Positions 1 through 12,850 of a DNA stretch of 64,000 nucleotides are shown piece after piece. The position numbers and the translations under genes are program-made. How positions within the stretch are numbered: position 1 is the first letter of the stretch; the number at the start of each line of letters is the position of its first letter. The DNA is from Lepidodermella squamata. Taxonomy: Eukaryota; Animalia; Gastrotricha. The stretch lies in NCBI GenBank assembly GCA_047495785.1, contig JBLDXI010000075.1, forward strand, positions 1-64,000, in the 5' to 3' direction. The notes under the pieces were generated by a model. The model worked only from the letters and a program-made list of their open reading frames with translations. It was not told where the DNA came from and did not search any database.

Positions 1-1528
1 GCGGCAACAGCATCGTTGATCTTTTCGTTCAGCCGCTCCACGCTATTAAATGAAAGAAATTTATTAAAAATTAAAAAAAATTTCAAAAGATTAAAATTTT
101 GATGTTAGAATTATAAAATAACCCGAATTAAAATCAAAGAGCCCACGACGAATTAAAAATACCCACCATCCTTGAGATTGACTGTGTCGAGGTCGACCAT
201 GGACAATTCTACCAACAGGGTTCAACTCGTTTACGCGTTTCACCAGCTGCGCATTTGTGAATTCTTTGCCGTTGTCACACTAGTGAAAAAAAATTAGATT
301 AAAAATTAATCAATTTTATATAAAAAAATTAAAAGATAATAAAAAAAATAGCAAAATTGTAAATAAGCGCGAGAAGGGTAATACTCACGTGCAAAATTGT
401 TGGACAGCCGATTATGCTGAAAATATCGACAAGAACACCCGCTACAACTTCCTTGGATTTCGCAATCAAAGGACGCAGGAAGCAAAATTTTGTCAACAGA
501 TCGATGAAACATAAAATATAGACGTAAGGAGATCCGGGGTTTGCGTTAGTATCATCTGGTTTCCGAGTCATGTCTGCAACAAATATTAAAAAGTTAGAAC
601 TCACGTCTTAATGTATGAAAAAACTGATAAAAAACACGAAAAATAAAAATAAACTCACCGATAAGGTCAGCCTGACCTCGCTCGAGAAACCGCTTCGGTC
701 TCGACGGTCGTACCACAACCTTGGTCGTTTTCGGCTTTCGACGGCGATCGCATGTTTCGCAGGTTTCGACGTACAGCTCGCAAGCCTGCCGCGTGATGTT
801 GGCGCATTTGTCCTTCAATTGCTCGTAGGTTCTTCTATAGCCCCGATGGTTTTCACCATGGGCCATATCAATGATCTAAAAAAAAATAATAATATTATAA
901 TAATAATATCTGCTTATTTAATATGAAAATTTTTACAAATATCTAGATGTCTAGTTAAAATATCTAGAAAATGATTTAGGAACTTACATCGTAGAAGTCT
1001 TCAATGGGGTAGTAGAATAACACCCGCTGCTCGCTTTCGTAAGCCTTTCGATCAACAAGCCGTTCAGTACCATCGACGACGTGGACCAGGTAGCGATGAT
1101 CGCGGCGGCGGTCGAGAGAAGTCTCGCGCTTGTTGTGGGCGTTTTTCGTTTCTTCTATTTTCGCCGCTAGTTGTTGACGGTTGAATAGCGCGTGATTATC
1201 GCCCGCTTTCTCGCTAAAAAAGCGCAGGAAATAAATATCGAACCTATCAATCCAACATTGGAAGGTCATCATCGGGCAAAACCGGGTCTATGTGAAGATC
1301 GTCGACTTCGTCCGTCTCGGAGCCGGAGTCGCTGACCTCCGACCCCAAGGTCGAGTCCTCCAGGTGCTGCTCGATCTCATCCACGTCGATGAGCACGTGG
1401 CCATCCTGGTTGACGTAGTAGCCAACGCGATTTTCGTCAGCCCGCCAATTGTTGCCGTTGCCCTGCCCATTGTTGTTGCCGCTGCCGGAGCCGCCGTTGC
1501 CGAAACCGCCGTTGCCGCTGCACGCCAT
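1..1528 (-). mobile_element. Intron-containing Ginger2/Tdd-type (KRBA2/SCAND3-like) DDE integrase gene, runs off the window start
   Basis: Spliced reading gives an HHCC zinc finger (AHGENHRG...CETC) and a DDE triad: QADLI, CDNGKEF and GRPRHSQSQGCVER. Exons are joined by short AT-rich GT-AG introns, e.g. 43-166. Confidence 0.8.
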
Positions 1529-2101
1529 TGAATAGTAGTGAGTAGAGAGTAGTGAGATGGGAGTATTGAGTTTAGTTAGTTGAGTTGTTATCAAAAATTG
1601 AAACTTCTCAAATGATGGTTACAAATTGAGCTTTCAGTTATCGGCTGTCAGTGGGTGGAGCTTAGTGTTACACGTGCGTGATATTGACAGGTATACCCGG
1701 GTGCCAGCGATGGGTGCGCGTGCACATTCAGCGCGAGTCTTGTCGTGCCGCGTGTAATCTAAATAAATCACGCATACCATCAGATGCGCGTTACAGCGGC
1801 GATGTCAAACAGCGGCGTCTCTATGATCTTCTAAGATTCATCAGTAACCTCATCATTAAACAACACGTGTCGAGCTTCATTCAATTGCGGCGACTTTTAT
1901 TGTCAAACGAGAAGCCAAAAAAAATGAAAAATGATAATGATAGAAAATAACAAAGATTGGAAAAGACACTCCATCATTTTTATTCCGTTTTAAGAGTAAT
2001 AACAGTCGTTAAGGTACAACAGGTTCCATGCTGGTTGTAGAACGGCCGCGCCCAGGCAATAAACTTATGTTGTAAGACGGCGCTAGTCAGGCGGCCGAAG
2101 T

Positions 2102-2170
2102 CCGGCGGCCCGAGCCCGGCGGCCCGAGCCCGGCGGCCCGAGCCCGGCGGCCCGAGCCCGGCGGCCCGAG
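2102..2170. repeat. Tandem repeat, 5 x 14 bp CCGGCGGCCCGAGC, within a GC-rich GGCCCG-motif island (about 2040-2406)
   Basis: Units read directly. Motif-rich islands like this are typical of DNA-transposon subterminal regions (inference). Confidence 0.85.
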
Positions 2171-4075
2171 TGCGGCGCTGAACAATAGCGCTGGTTCCCA
2201 TTGTTCTCCGCCGTGCTCGGGCCAATACCTCGGCCGGCCCGTGTGCAGTGAAGCGGAATTCGTTGAAATTCGTTAAATTTACAGTAAACGTCGCATACGG
2301 GTAAATTTTAAACCGGCCCGAGCGCGGAGTGGTAAAGTGCTGTTACCCGGCCGCGTACGGGCTGACCCGAACGCGGACGGGCCGAAATCGGGCTCGGGCC
2401 CCAACAATAGCAACGGCAACTCAGGTAAATTTCTTCTGAAAAAGAGGTTCGGCTTTCAATCTAAGACATTCTGCCGACTCAGAATTTGATTTTAGCCTCT
2501 TCTTGATTTTCTGGAATTTTCTGAAAGGTGCTCGAGTTAACACGTCATTGCGCCGGCGTCTAAAGATTAAACGACTGATTTTCGTGTTTTTTTCAGTGAG
2601 ATCAAAAGGTCATAGTGGCAAAAACCTCATTAGCAGCGATCAGAGAAAATTTTCATTTACAAAAAACATGTGTTGACGGAGAGATCAATTTTTTGAGTTC
2701 AAAATTCGCTATTCCCACATGGTTGGTTATTTTTTGCTTCAATGGAAAATGCGATTCCGCCCGGAGTTTCCGCCCGGTGATTCCGCCCGCTCACGCGTTT
2801 TAAGGTGGATCTTTTATTTTTAATTTCTGTTAAATTCCAAATCACTGAATTACTGGACGAACTAGACTCCATTAATGGATTAGACTAGCAAAGCAATAAT
2901 TTGAACTAAAGAAAGCATTTCAACGAAAACCATTTTTATTGAATGCTTAAACTGTGGGAGGTGAGCTTATGATAGTATTTAGGTAGTCCTCGATATTTGA
3001 AATGCACCGTGCAGTTAGTTACTTGAAAACTGGCATCGACCGTGAAATGGCGTGATTCAAACTTGCTTGAATGCTGGTTACGATCATAGCCCAACAATAC
3101 CAATGCAGTCGCTTCGCACAGAGGTTTTCCTCCGAAACTCGTAACATCATAGTCGGCGAATCGTTTCCTGGAAACGCAAATTCTTCGATGTCTTGTTGCA
3201 GTTATTCAGCGACGCCTTCAAAGTAAGCGCCGTCATCGCCCTCATCGCCGTCGGATTGAACGCCGGAATCGTAATGGCCAAGGGGAAATTCGGACTTTAG
3301 CTGTAGTAGCATCTTGAGCACTACAGTTTTCACGAGCTGATTGGCGTTGCTGCCAGCAGACTGCATTTGGTTAGAATCGACTGTATTGCCAAGGATTAAA
3401 TCGCCGATGACGAGCAGCGTGATGACGAGCGCCGTAAAGGTTTCAGTGCGAAAATCATTCGATTTAAAAAGGGAAATGAGACAACAAGAATTTGCTAAAC
3501 AATTCTTTAAGGTTGCTTTTTTAATTGCAACAGAATTTATTTAATCAGACTCCATGGGCATGAGTATTTAGGCATTTTATCCAGTTTTCAAGCGGAAAAT
3601 TAGTTTTTCTTCGGAAAATAACCAACCATGTGGGAACAGGAATCCTAAACTTGTGTTGAGGATTCCTTAATTTTGTGCTCGTAAATTAAAAATCGATTTA
3701 CTTCTGTCTACCGTTCTCCGCCCTCTTACGCCACCAACTCTCATTCAAATGTGAGCCAAGTTTGAATGATCTAGACTGATCTGAAATCCGTCTGACCTAA
3801 CAATTCGTTCCATTTAAACAAAATAGCAGTCAAAAATGCTAATTTTCGTATTTTCAGAGGCGAATCAACGGAACATAGACTCGCTTCGCTCGCATTCTAA
3901 TTCATCTGAAGTCTTTATTATTGTTGCACTGTTTCGCTTGTTTATCTGTTATATAGCGCCGAACACTTTTAAATTTTGAATTCAAATTTATTCGTCCATT
4001 ATTAGTCACAAAAATACAAGACCAATACAACAAAATAATTTTCCTTCTTTCGAACAATATAGACGAAGTCACATA

Positions 4076-5176
4076 CAGTGTGGTCTGAAAATAGTAAAGA
4101 ACGCGCATTTCTTCAAATAATTGCGTTTTCAGATAATGATCACGAGGCTAATCAATTTCTTCAATCTATTGATCAGCTTCAATTCAATGGCGCACATCTG
4201 ATTAGCCAATTTCGAGGGAAAAAATAAAATCAGTCCTTATAATTCAAAAATCATTAAAACAAAATTTTAATTTGAAATACGGATTAAGAGAAGAGATGCT
4301 ATGTTAAAGAGAAAGTTTCTGGTTGCACCTGCATGCTCAATGAAAGATGACCCAAAATATCAAAGACCTTTCCTATATGTATATAGTTGGCTCCAAGCAC
4401 AGCCCTGTAAGAGGAAAAGCCATTTTTAGACTAACCCTTACGGAGTCATCGTGCAGGTAGATCTTCGCTAAGCGTGTGTCCCTACCGCCAATGTCGCCGA
4501 ATTCACTAACATTTCAATGCTAAAAAAGCAGATTTTCAGGTCACGAAATTTGAACAGAGAAAATTTTCCAGGTTTTCAAACTGTTAATAACAAGTTCAAC
4601 AATACCTTGAAAAGGCTCTTTAAATTCGTCTTCTACCGAAGAATTCCAATTAATTTGAAGTTCATACCTTTCGTAAATACGTTCGTAAATACTTTGACGT
4701 TTACTTAGAATTAGCTCTTTTTTCCTAGATTCGCGTCTTCACCTTCACTTCTACCTCTCCTCAATCATTAACTAGGCCAGATAATTGAAGGTATGAAAAG
4801 GCATACTATTTTTTCTGCCACAAAAATAAGTCCTAATCATTGTGCTAGAACATTTCACTTTTTCAAATTTTCTTCCGGGCTTGGGTAAGGACCCTTATCT
4901 TACTGCGTGTCTCCTTCACGGATATGTAATTCGGTAACTCTAAACCGAGATAGTTTATTGCTTCGATAAACTAGTTTCTGAATTCTTTTCAATAAAGTCA
5001 ATTTTCATTTAAAATAATCTTTTTGAAAATGAAAAAAGCAGATGGAGAAAATGAACTCCAACTACTGCGTAGCTACAAGGTCATGTGCCCATCACATGAT
5101 AACCATCATTCAATTTAATTTTCAAATACGATTCGCGAATTTTAAGTCGCAGCTTTACTAGTTTCAGACCACACTG
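4076..5176. mobile_element. Non-autonomous Tc1/mariner-type element (MITE)
   Basis: 24-bp TIRs CAGTGTGGTCTGAAA(A/C)TAGTAAAG with 1 mismatch, flanked by TA at 4074-4075 and 5177-5178. No transposase ORF. Confidence 0.85.
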
Positions 5177-6374
5177 TAGATAGCACGCGGTTGCGAGACG
5201 ACATGCGCGTTTTTATTTAAAAAGGCGCTGAGTCCGAAATTTCATCATTAGAACAAGAACGTTTGCCATCTTTCACCATCGAAAGTTAGCTACACGCCGT
5301 GACTGTCGTGCTTAGGTAGTTCTGACAAGAGGCGATTTCTTCCGACAGCATGCCAGAATCGACCGGAATTGACCCAACGCAAATTGCCAGTGGCGACTCG
5401 ACAAACCGCAACAGCGCCGACATTTGTCGCAACAGACTCGACAAATGCACAGCGCCTTGGTCGCGGCCTCATCCGGGTTAAATCGTAGGCCGGTGGCACT
5501 TTAAGGAGAAGGGACAACACCATCGTTTATTACGTAATATCGTCGTAATATCCGGAAAAACAAGTGGAATAATTAGCATTAAGATTATAAATTCAAAGCT
5601 ATTGGGTTAGAAAAAAATAAAAATTCAAACTAACTTTCTTCCTTCAGGTTTTTGCCGTTGCAAAACTGGAATTTCTCGTATTATTTCCTTGTATTCAGCT
5701 TCGCCGAAGTGGAGCTGAAGCGAAAGGGCTAATCAGCTTCCTTCTGGGCATGAGCTAGCCGTTCGAACTCCGCGATTTCTTCTCGCAACTTCCGACTCAT
5801 TTCGTGAATGTAAGCCAATAGCGCCAACCCGCTAGTTCGAAAGTTGTCTGGCCTTGCGACTATTTCTAAAAAACGTGGCTAGGTACGTTCCAGCCCAAGG
5901 AGTGGAGCATGTTTGGCGCAGATGTCCGAGCCAATAACATAGTTGAGGTAATTTTTAACTCAATTTATTCTTAGACACATTGTAATTTGAACTTTTAGGC
6001 TTGGCATCATCACATCAGCTCAAAAATTTCGAAAAATCACCCCGCGTTTTGGTCCTTCGTCGAATCGCTCATCCAAGTAGAGCAATCTATCGAAAACCTG
6101 TTACTTCAGCAGACAACTGGCACCAACGTGAAGCCACAGCGACAGAACATTGACAACCCTTACAACCAGCAGTTGCGATTCTGCGCTGAGCAACTCGAAA
6201 CCGACCTTGCTAAGCTAAAGGATCAGCGTCTCACAGGCAATAATCGTCAAGTTGAAAGTTTCAAAAAATTTTAGACCGCGCTGGCGTTCATCATCCTAGC
6301 ATTTCACCCTAGACGGACTGCCCAAATCTTCAGCTTGCACAGCTTAAATATTGGACTGAGTGGTCATATGAGCC

Positions 6375-6450
6375 AAGAGGTAATTAGCTTAGTGATGGAG
6401 CGTCTGCCTATTAAGCAGAAGATTGAGGGTTCGATCCACCGTGAGCTTTT
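6375..6450 (+). pseudogene. Decayed tRNA-like sequence (identity uncertain)
   Basis: A-box-like TAGCTTAGTGATGG, stem-loop CTGC-CTATTAA-GCAG and B-box GGTTCGATCC are present, but the acceptor stem does not pair. Confidence 0.45.
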
Positions 6451-6518
6451 CTCAACCATTTTGGCGAGACCCAATTCGTATTTCGAAAACAGCAAAACGC
6501 TAATTTCAGAGCAAAACC

Positions 6519-6590
6519 TTTCCTGACCGGGAATCGAACCCGGGCCGCCGCGGTGAAAGCGCGGAATCCTAACCACTAGACCATCAGGGA
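6519..6590 (-). tRNA. tRNA-Glu(TTC), one acceptor-stem mismatch
   Basis: Reverse complement TCCCTGATGGTCTAGTGGTTAGGATTCCGCGCTTTCACCGCGG...; nearly identical to the copy at 16166. Confidence 0.85.
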
Positions 6591-6650
6591 GATGTGATAT
6601 GATAGCTTTTGTTGAAATTGATAATTGTTGAAATTGAAGAAAAAACAAGT

Positions 6651-6722
6651 GGGCTCGTTCGGGAATTGAACCCGAGATCTCTCGCACCCGAAGCGAGAAT
6701 CATACCCCTAGACCAACCGGCC
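6651..6722 (-). tRNA. tRNA-Pro(CGG), acceptor mismatches (possibly decaying)
   Basis: Reverse complement GGCCGGTTGGTCTAGGGGTATGATTCTCGCTTCGGGTGCGAGA...; anticodon loop TT-CGG-GT. Confidence 0.8.
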
Positions 6723-6793
6723 TGTGATGTAAAGTCATCGTGGGCTGCAGGCATTCCATTCAGTATAGGCCGGAGACGACGCAAAACATTATA

Positions 6794-6865
6794 CGCCGAG
6801 GCCCGGATCGAACCAGAGACCTTTAGATCTTCAGTCCAACGCTCTCCCAATTGAGTTATCTCGGC
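6794..6865 (-). pseudogene. tRNA-Phe(GAA), degenerate
   Basis: Anticodon loop CT-GAA-GA and Phe-like body; D-stem and T-stem carry mismatches and a 1-nt deletion. Confidence 0.7.
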
Positions 6866-6935
6866 TTTATGGCTGATGAGTAGCCAATTTCCGCTGAATT
6901 TCGTATTTCCTTACTGATACGGATCAAAAAATTTC

Positions 6936-7008
6936 GAAGCTGCCAAGAGTCGAACCCCCCGGAATCTTCTGATCCTTAATCAGACGTTTCGCCCTTCGTG
7001 CAACACCA
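6936..7008 (-). pseudogene. Decayed tRNA-Arg(ACG)-like pseudogene
   Basis: GTCTGA-TTAAGGA-TCAGAAGATTCC...GGTTCGACTC matches the Arg(ACG) scaffold with a mutated loop; the 5' half is scrambled. Confidence 0.55.
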
Positions 7009-8227
7009 ATGTACACAGTTTGAACCATGGAATCCACGCCATTATAATATATAATCCCATCTTGGAAAGTGCAATAACAGAAAAAATTTAAAAGGTGGTG
7101 CGTGTCGCGTGCTTTTCGAACCAACCAATCACATACTTCAAACCACCCAACCAATCAGGAAATTGTGGATTCACTGGTTCCACTAAGGCCGGAAGTTAAT
7201 TTATAAAGGTTGCGCACAGCAAAAGTTACGCACAGAAAGTTACGCACGCGCGGTTGCGCACTTGAGTTTGCGCTGACGGGAATTGACCTTTCACCTTGAC
7301 ATCTAGCCTGGCGGCTAGTTCAGAGATAGCATCACATTTTTAGCGCGCAATATGGAAATTTAGTTTACCTATACGTAATACTAAAATCTGAAATAAGGTA
7401 CAGAAGTATAATGCAGCGTGTTACGCTTTGTTGTAAACAAGTCCGAAAGCGACCATGATTTGCAATAGTCCAGATTTTCTCTTCGAGTTTCAAAAATAGA
7501 ATAAATCAAGTCCCCATTATGGACCTGATTATTCCTCTATTCACCTAAAAATATCGATTCCCAGAGGATGAAGCAAACTTGAACTGAAATTTACATGACT
7601 TTAGAGTACTATTGTTGTTACAATAATTTGAAGTTTCGAATCTTCTCAGAATAATGTTTGACTACTTTTGGCGCCCGGTTATAACTCGCCTTCAAATCAA
7701 GCTGAGAAACAAAAGCAAGAGTTCGTAAGTAATTTGCACCCTGCCTTCGGTTTATGATGTTAGATAATATTCTTCCTTCGTTCATTTCGCATTTTATGAG
7801 CAACCTCTCTGACCAACCACGGTATGTTAGGGGCAGAGGTGGATACCCAACCGGCGCCTATATCACCCACCGGCCCACCGGCACGTTCAATTATCTTAGT
7901 CTCGATATGCAGCGTCAAATTCCTACTACTATTGTCGCGATAGTGGGACCATGGTCGGGTTGGTAGGTGTGATTTTTTTATAATACCACCATATTAATCA
8001 ATTGAAAGAATTGCGTGCTGCCAAGAGCCATTTATGCTATCATAACGACCATCAAAGCAACACGTAGTTAGACTTTGACTCCGCAAAATCTGGCCTAAGA
8101 TGAAGGATAGTCCCTAGAATCCATCTTAAAATGCGTGAATTAAGTGATATCTGGCTATTTATGGTTGTTATAACGTGATCATCTTTAATTTTGATATCCA
8201 CTTGTTTTTAGACACCGCCACCAGGAA

Positions 8228-8533
8228 ATGGCAAGAGTGATCATCGTGAAATGTGGTACTTTGAAGAAGGCCATAGTGTATCAGTCAGCTGATGGGGTAC
8301 CGAAAGTTGTTCACCTCAAGAAAATCATCGCTGAATACTTTCAGCTGACATCGGACTTTTCGATTTCTATGCGAATTGGGACAGAGGACTCAGAATTGAT
8401 AACAACCGATGCAGAGCTCTACAAGGCTGTTGTTGCAAAAAAATCGGAGAAGATCAAGCTGGAAATCGGCCCTACAGCTCAAGCTGTTCTCGACTCGGTA
8501 CTGGCTAAAATCAGAATTATTTGGCATGCCTAG
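8228..8533 (+). CDS. Small PB1/ubiquitin-fold-like ORF, possibly transposon-associated
   Basis: Pattern IIVKC...LKKIIAEYF...FSISM...DSELITTDAELYKAV...IKLEI resembles PB1. An AG acceptor-like site lies just upstream, near 8210. Confidence 0.4.
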   Translation: MARVIIVKCGTLKKAIVYQSADGVPKVVHLKKIIAEYFQLTSDFSISMRIGTEDSELITTDAELYKAVVAKKSEKIKLEIGPTAQAVLDSVLAKIRIIWHA

Positions 8534-11062
8534 ATTGCGAATGAAAATTGATGAAGTTGTGGTGATGGTTGTGGTGTGACGGGTATTCAAGGTGGTCAGA
8601 GGTTCATGACCCGACTTGTGTATGATGTTGGATGAAGTAGTAGCAAAAACACGCCCGAACGTAATAAAACTAAGGAGGAGGCTTTTCATTTACGTGCGCT
8701 AGTTTTTTGCTGTGTGATATGTCGTGTGATTTTTGGTCGCAAAAAATCACTCACATCAATATCGAAGCCGTATTCACACTGAGCCTACTAATAACGAATT
8801 TTTACGCGACCGCATGTGCATCGCCTTGGTCATCAGGTCGACTATAATCGTAGGGTACGAATAATTTTCTATATTCTGTAACCTGCAAGTGGAAATTTCC
8901 GAAAATTTGGCATCCACCCTCGGCACCTGGTCGATGATCGAATATGCAGCCATCTCCCCATAACTGATCAAGCAGGTCGATGCCTTCGAAGTTAGGCCTC
9001 TCAGCGCCCATTACGATCACTGCCGCCATATCATCGTAAGTTTAAAATTCACACACTCGACCTCCCTAACGAACCGCCTAGGGATCGACAAAAAAAGCTT
9101 CGAGAAGCTAATTTCTACCCGACTTGTCTCACTATCTTAGCACGACGCAACATCCGACCAGCTGGCCAACAAGCTGCTCGAAATAGCAACAGCAAGCGCA
9201 AAGCTGCTGCCAACAAAGTTTTCTGCGATGATCAAAAACATCAACCGCGCCCGCTACTCCCGCGGCCCACCCGTACCGACACCGGGAACCTGTCGCCTCA
9301 CTCTATTACTTTGCTTTATTACTTTGAAAATAACCAGAATAATTGAAATAATACAATCAGGATCTTTAAAAGGACTGAACGATGACGTATCAACAACAAC
9401 GCATAATCCCATGAGACCTACAGTAAGTCTCATGCATAATCCAGCTTTTTGTGCTAGTAAAGTGCTAGCTCAATATAGAAAGGTTAATGATGCGGGATAA
9501 TCGAATTTAGAGGTTAAACCAACTCTCCCAAAATGCCCTCCCTTAATAAGGAAGGGCCTGATCCCCACCCTCCAATAAACCGCAGGTTTTTTTGAAGCAA
9601 CTGATTTATATACTCATAACTTCAGGAACCACCGAAATTAGCTAAAAATTGCTGAAGCTTGTGATTGGTAGATTTCCCAGCCTCTTAGCATTTTATTTAT
9701 AGAAAGGTGGAAAAACCACCCTAAAACGAACCCGGAAATTCAGGATTTTCTTTCTTATTAGTTATATAGTTATTTATCCACATTGTGGAAGTTGTAACCT
9801 CGCTTTCCAAAGGATCAATTGAAGCAATGTAAATGATTTGGACAAAGAAAAAAATGGAACTATGCATTTTAATCGATGAATTTGAATCACCACAGAATGA
9901 TCGCAGATAAACGCCACTAATAGCGCGTTTTTTGTAAGCGAGTGTTTCCCGAGATATTAAAAGGAACAGTTTCGTGACACCTTATATTATATAAAAGCAA
10001 ACCAGCGTCTGGTGTGCGGTGAAAATGTTTCAACAGCAGCGGCATCATTAAAATGCGACCGTGTGGTCTTATGATGAAAAGGGCTACGGTAAAACTAACA
10101 ATATCTGCGTTACCGCACAAGCTTTCTTTTGCTTAGCATAGTGCTATACGGTAATAATACTTACCGTCATATGGCGCGTTAGAGCGTGCGCGGTAAAATT
10201 TTTACCGTTCTCATAGAACAATAGGAAGCCGGTTTTACCGTCAAATAGACCCTTATGCCGCGACGCTAACGATAAGGCCTGATCATCGCTTTGAGATCAT
10301 GGCCTGCTTTGCCTTATTTGCCGATTTTCCTGCATTTTTAAAGAAGTCACTGTTTTTAACTTGGTTGCGTTTATGGTGCCAGGATCTAAACTTAGGCTCC
10401 GTTATCCGGATTTTATGATTTTTGACGCCGGATAACAACCATATCCGGGTCTTATCGGTGGACAGCGATGGATATTCGTCCTTCAGGCCACCATTCCGGC
10501 GTTCGGCTGCGCCCCTGGCCCACATAGAAAGCCTTCTTGCCTTCAGGCCAATATCCATCGTGCTATCCACCAATGATATCCACCCGGATATTGTATGGAA
10601 CAAGCAAATTTGGCTCTGCTAAAAATATTCTGTTTGATAATAAGCATACATCTTGGTGTGATGTCTCCTTTTCACCTAAAAGACGGAAATTAGCTTTGAT
10701 TTGACTCCAATTAACACATGGTAACATTGAGTTGCGCCCGCTCGGCAAATCTTTAATCTCAGTGCTACTCATGTCATGATTTTGTAGCACCAAACCTGTA
10801 AAATGTTTAATTGCATCATTTTGATCCACCATCGTTGGCCATGTTATTAAACAGTGGTTAAAAGTCCCTGAATTACTTGAAAAACTCGTTACGAACTAAA
10901 CGCAAGAGATTAACATAGACGTAACCGCAATTCACCCGTTTCTTGATAGCAGGTTGCAAGAGACTTCCCGATCATTTTCTGAACAAACAATATGTGCTGC
11001 AGTGTAATAAGTAACACCTGGAAAAATCATGCGAAATTTGCATTGAAAATTGCAATGACACG

Positions 11063-11092
11063 ACCAAGTCACCAAGTCACCAAGTCACCAAG
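11063..11092. repeat. Minisatellite (ACCAAGTC) x about 4
   Basis: Read directly. Confidence 0.8.
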
Positions 11093-11263
11093 CTCTCTGG
11101 ACGACAACACGCGAGCTGACTGTGGCTGATGGATGACAGCAATGGCTGACAATGGACTTTGACCCGGAAAATCGGAAACATAATGTGACAGCTTCTCTCG
11201 AAAAATTAACTAAAATAAAGACCCTAGATTAAATATGCACATGTATAATCTGGATAGACTGAA

Positions 11264-11877
11264 CTATACCTCATGACTGAACTCCGTCGTTTGCAGCTGC
11301 AACAGCCAAGGGTAAGCCACCCGAAATTGATCGGCTACGTAACTGTAATCTGAGCTTCTGAAGCGGCGCCCGGGGTTCCTTTCGAGTAAGTAGCGAATAA
11401 TGCATTGTCTTAACGAGTTCCAGGAGAATCTTAGGCAGTTGTTGTTCATTTCTGCTTCAAGGAGTGGATTTATAGCCGCGAAGTCGAGCTCGTTGATTTC
11501 GAAATGAAAAGGTGGTTCGTCTTTCTGTAAATATAAGAATTAAATTACATGCTAATTCCTAATGAATGATTCGCTAATTCTGATACCTTGTTCTTGGCAT
11601 TCCGGATAGAGTCAAGCATTCCACGAAAGGCTACGCGATAGCCGATCTTGCTAGGCGGAAAAACCTCATTGATCACCTCATCTGTCGTTTTCGACTCATC
11701 CATTAGATCTTCAACCACTGTAAGGCCAGCATCTATGACAGGATGGGCATGAAAGTCAACGCTGCGCAATTCGAGTAATGAACAATACCCTCCAGGATAT
11801 CAAAAATGCCATCTCTGATGTCTTCGGGTTGATTGAATTTCCCGAAAGTTCGCATCAATCGCTCTCTTCCCGCCATG
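11264..11877 (-). CDS. Spliced hypothetical protein fragments with a SAM-like segment (possible transposon accessory ORF)
   Basis: ORFs 11545-11769 and 11264-11449 can be linked by a short GT-AG intron. FPPSKIGYRVAFRGML resembles the C-terminal helix of a SAM domain. Confidence 0.3.
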
Positions 11878-12466
11878 GTCACTAATCAATAAGTGGCTAA
11901 AAAACAAGGAAAAGGAAATGAAATAAAAGAAGGGTATCTTTATGATAAAGTTATATAGCCGGCAGAAAATGTATGAGGATTAGAAAAGACAGAAGGTGTA
12001 CAGAAGTAGAAGCGGTTGGAGCGGTTGAACGTCGGCATGACCGTTGTTCACCGCTCACAGCAATGCGAGCGCATGCCGCTTTGAGATTTGAGACAAATTT
12101 GAGACAAAATAACATTATTTTGCATACAATAAATAGAAAATTTAATATTGCATCATCTTCAATTAAATTGAATACCTGTCATGAAATTTGAGCGTTAAAA
12201 TGGAACTTGTGTGAGGCCCTCACCACCGCGGCTCTAAGGTTAGGTCAACCTCATGCCGGCGACTTCGTTTGAAAATTCAAAACCTGCGTGTCACACGATA
12301 CACAACTCACGTGAAATGTCTGGCCAGAATCCTTCAAAAAAAGAAATAGCAGTGCAATTCCCCGAAATTAAGGAGCTTCGGGATGTCATGCCGTACGGCC
12401 GTGAGTTATCTGCTTTTCAATCCTTGCAAGTAATCCAGCATTTTTATTTCATTAGACAAGCTTGTT

Positions 12467-12850
12467 ATGGCCTGTCAAAAGCAGCAAGTCGATGAAAGGG
12501 TCAATCCTACCCCGACCTTGCCTCAAATACCGAGTAACGAATCATCACCCAGCCGCATTTCGATTGCTAGCTCTTCAAGAAACTCCATTCTAACGGTCAA
12601 GCGTCGACGAAAGAAGACGACTTTATCACAACGCAAGGACCTTCAACTGCCAAATGGACATATTGTGAAAGTCCAAATCGGCGTTCGGCCGAAGTGCTGC
12701 CGTTGTCGCGATAACACTTACTACAGATGTGTTACATGCGTTGGTGACAAGAAACCCGCAATGTGCAACGGCAAATGTGCTTTCGATTACCACGGTTTGG
12801 ATTTTGATACAAATGAGCTTGAATCTGGGCAAATGTCCCCTTCTTTGTAA
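12467..12850 (+). mobile_element. piggyBac transposase C-terminal cysteine-rich domain remnant
   Basis: Basic NLS-like KRRRKK, then GH...CCRC...TYYRCVTC...AMCNGKCAFDYH. No DDD core in the window. A piggyBac-like terminus (CTCTAAGG-TTAG) lies near 12240. Confidence 0.7.

Noticed and set aside
2950-3430. Coding-like minus-strand stretch
   Set aside because: In-frame stops and no identifiable family.
6335-7154. Short ORFs overlapping tRNA genes here and at 16066, 33138, 37138, 39575, 48485 and 62368
   Set aside because: They are translations of tRNA sequence with no independent coding signal.
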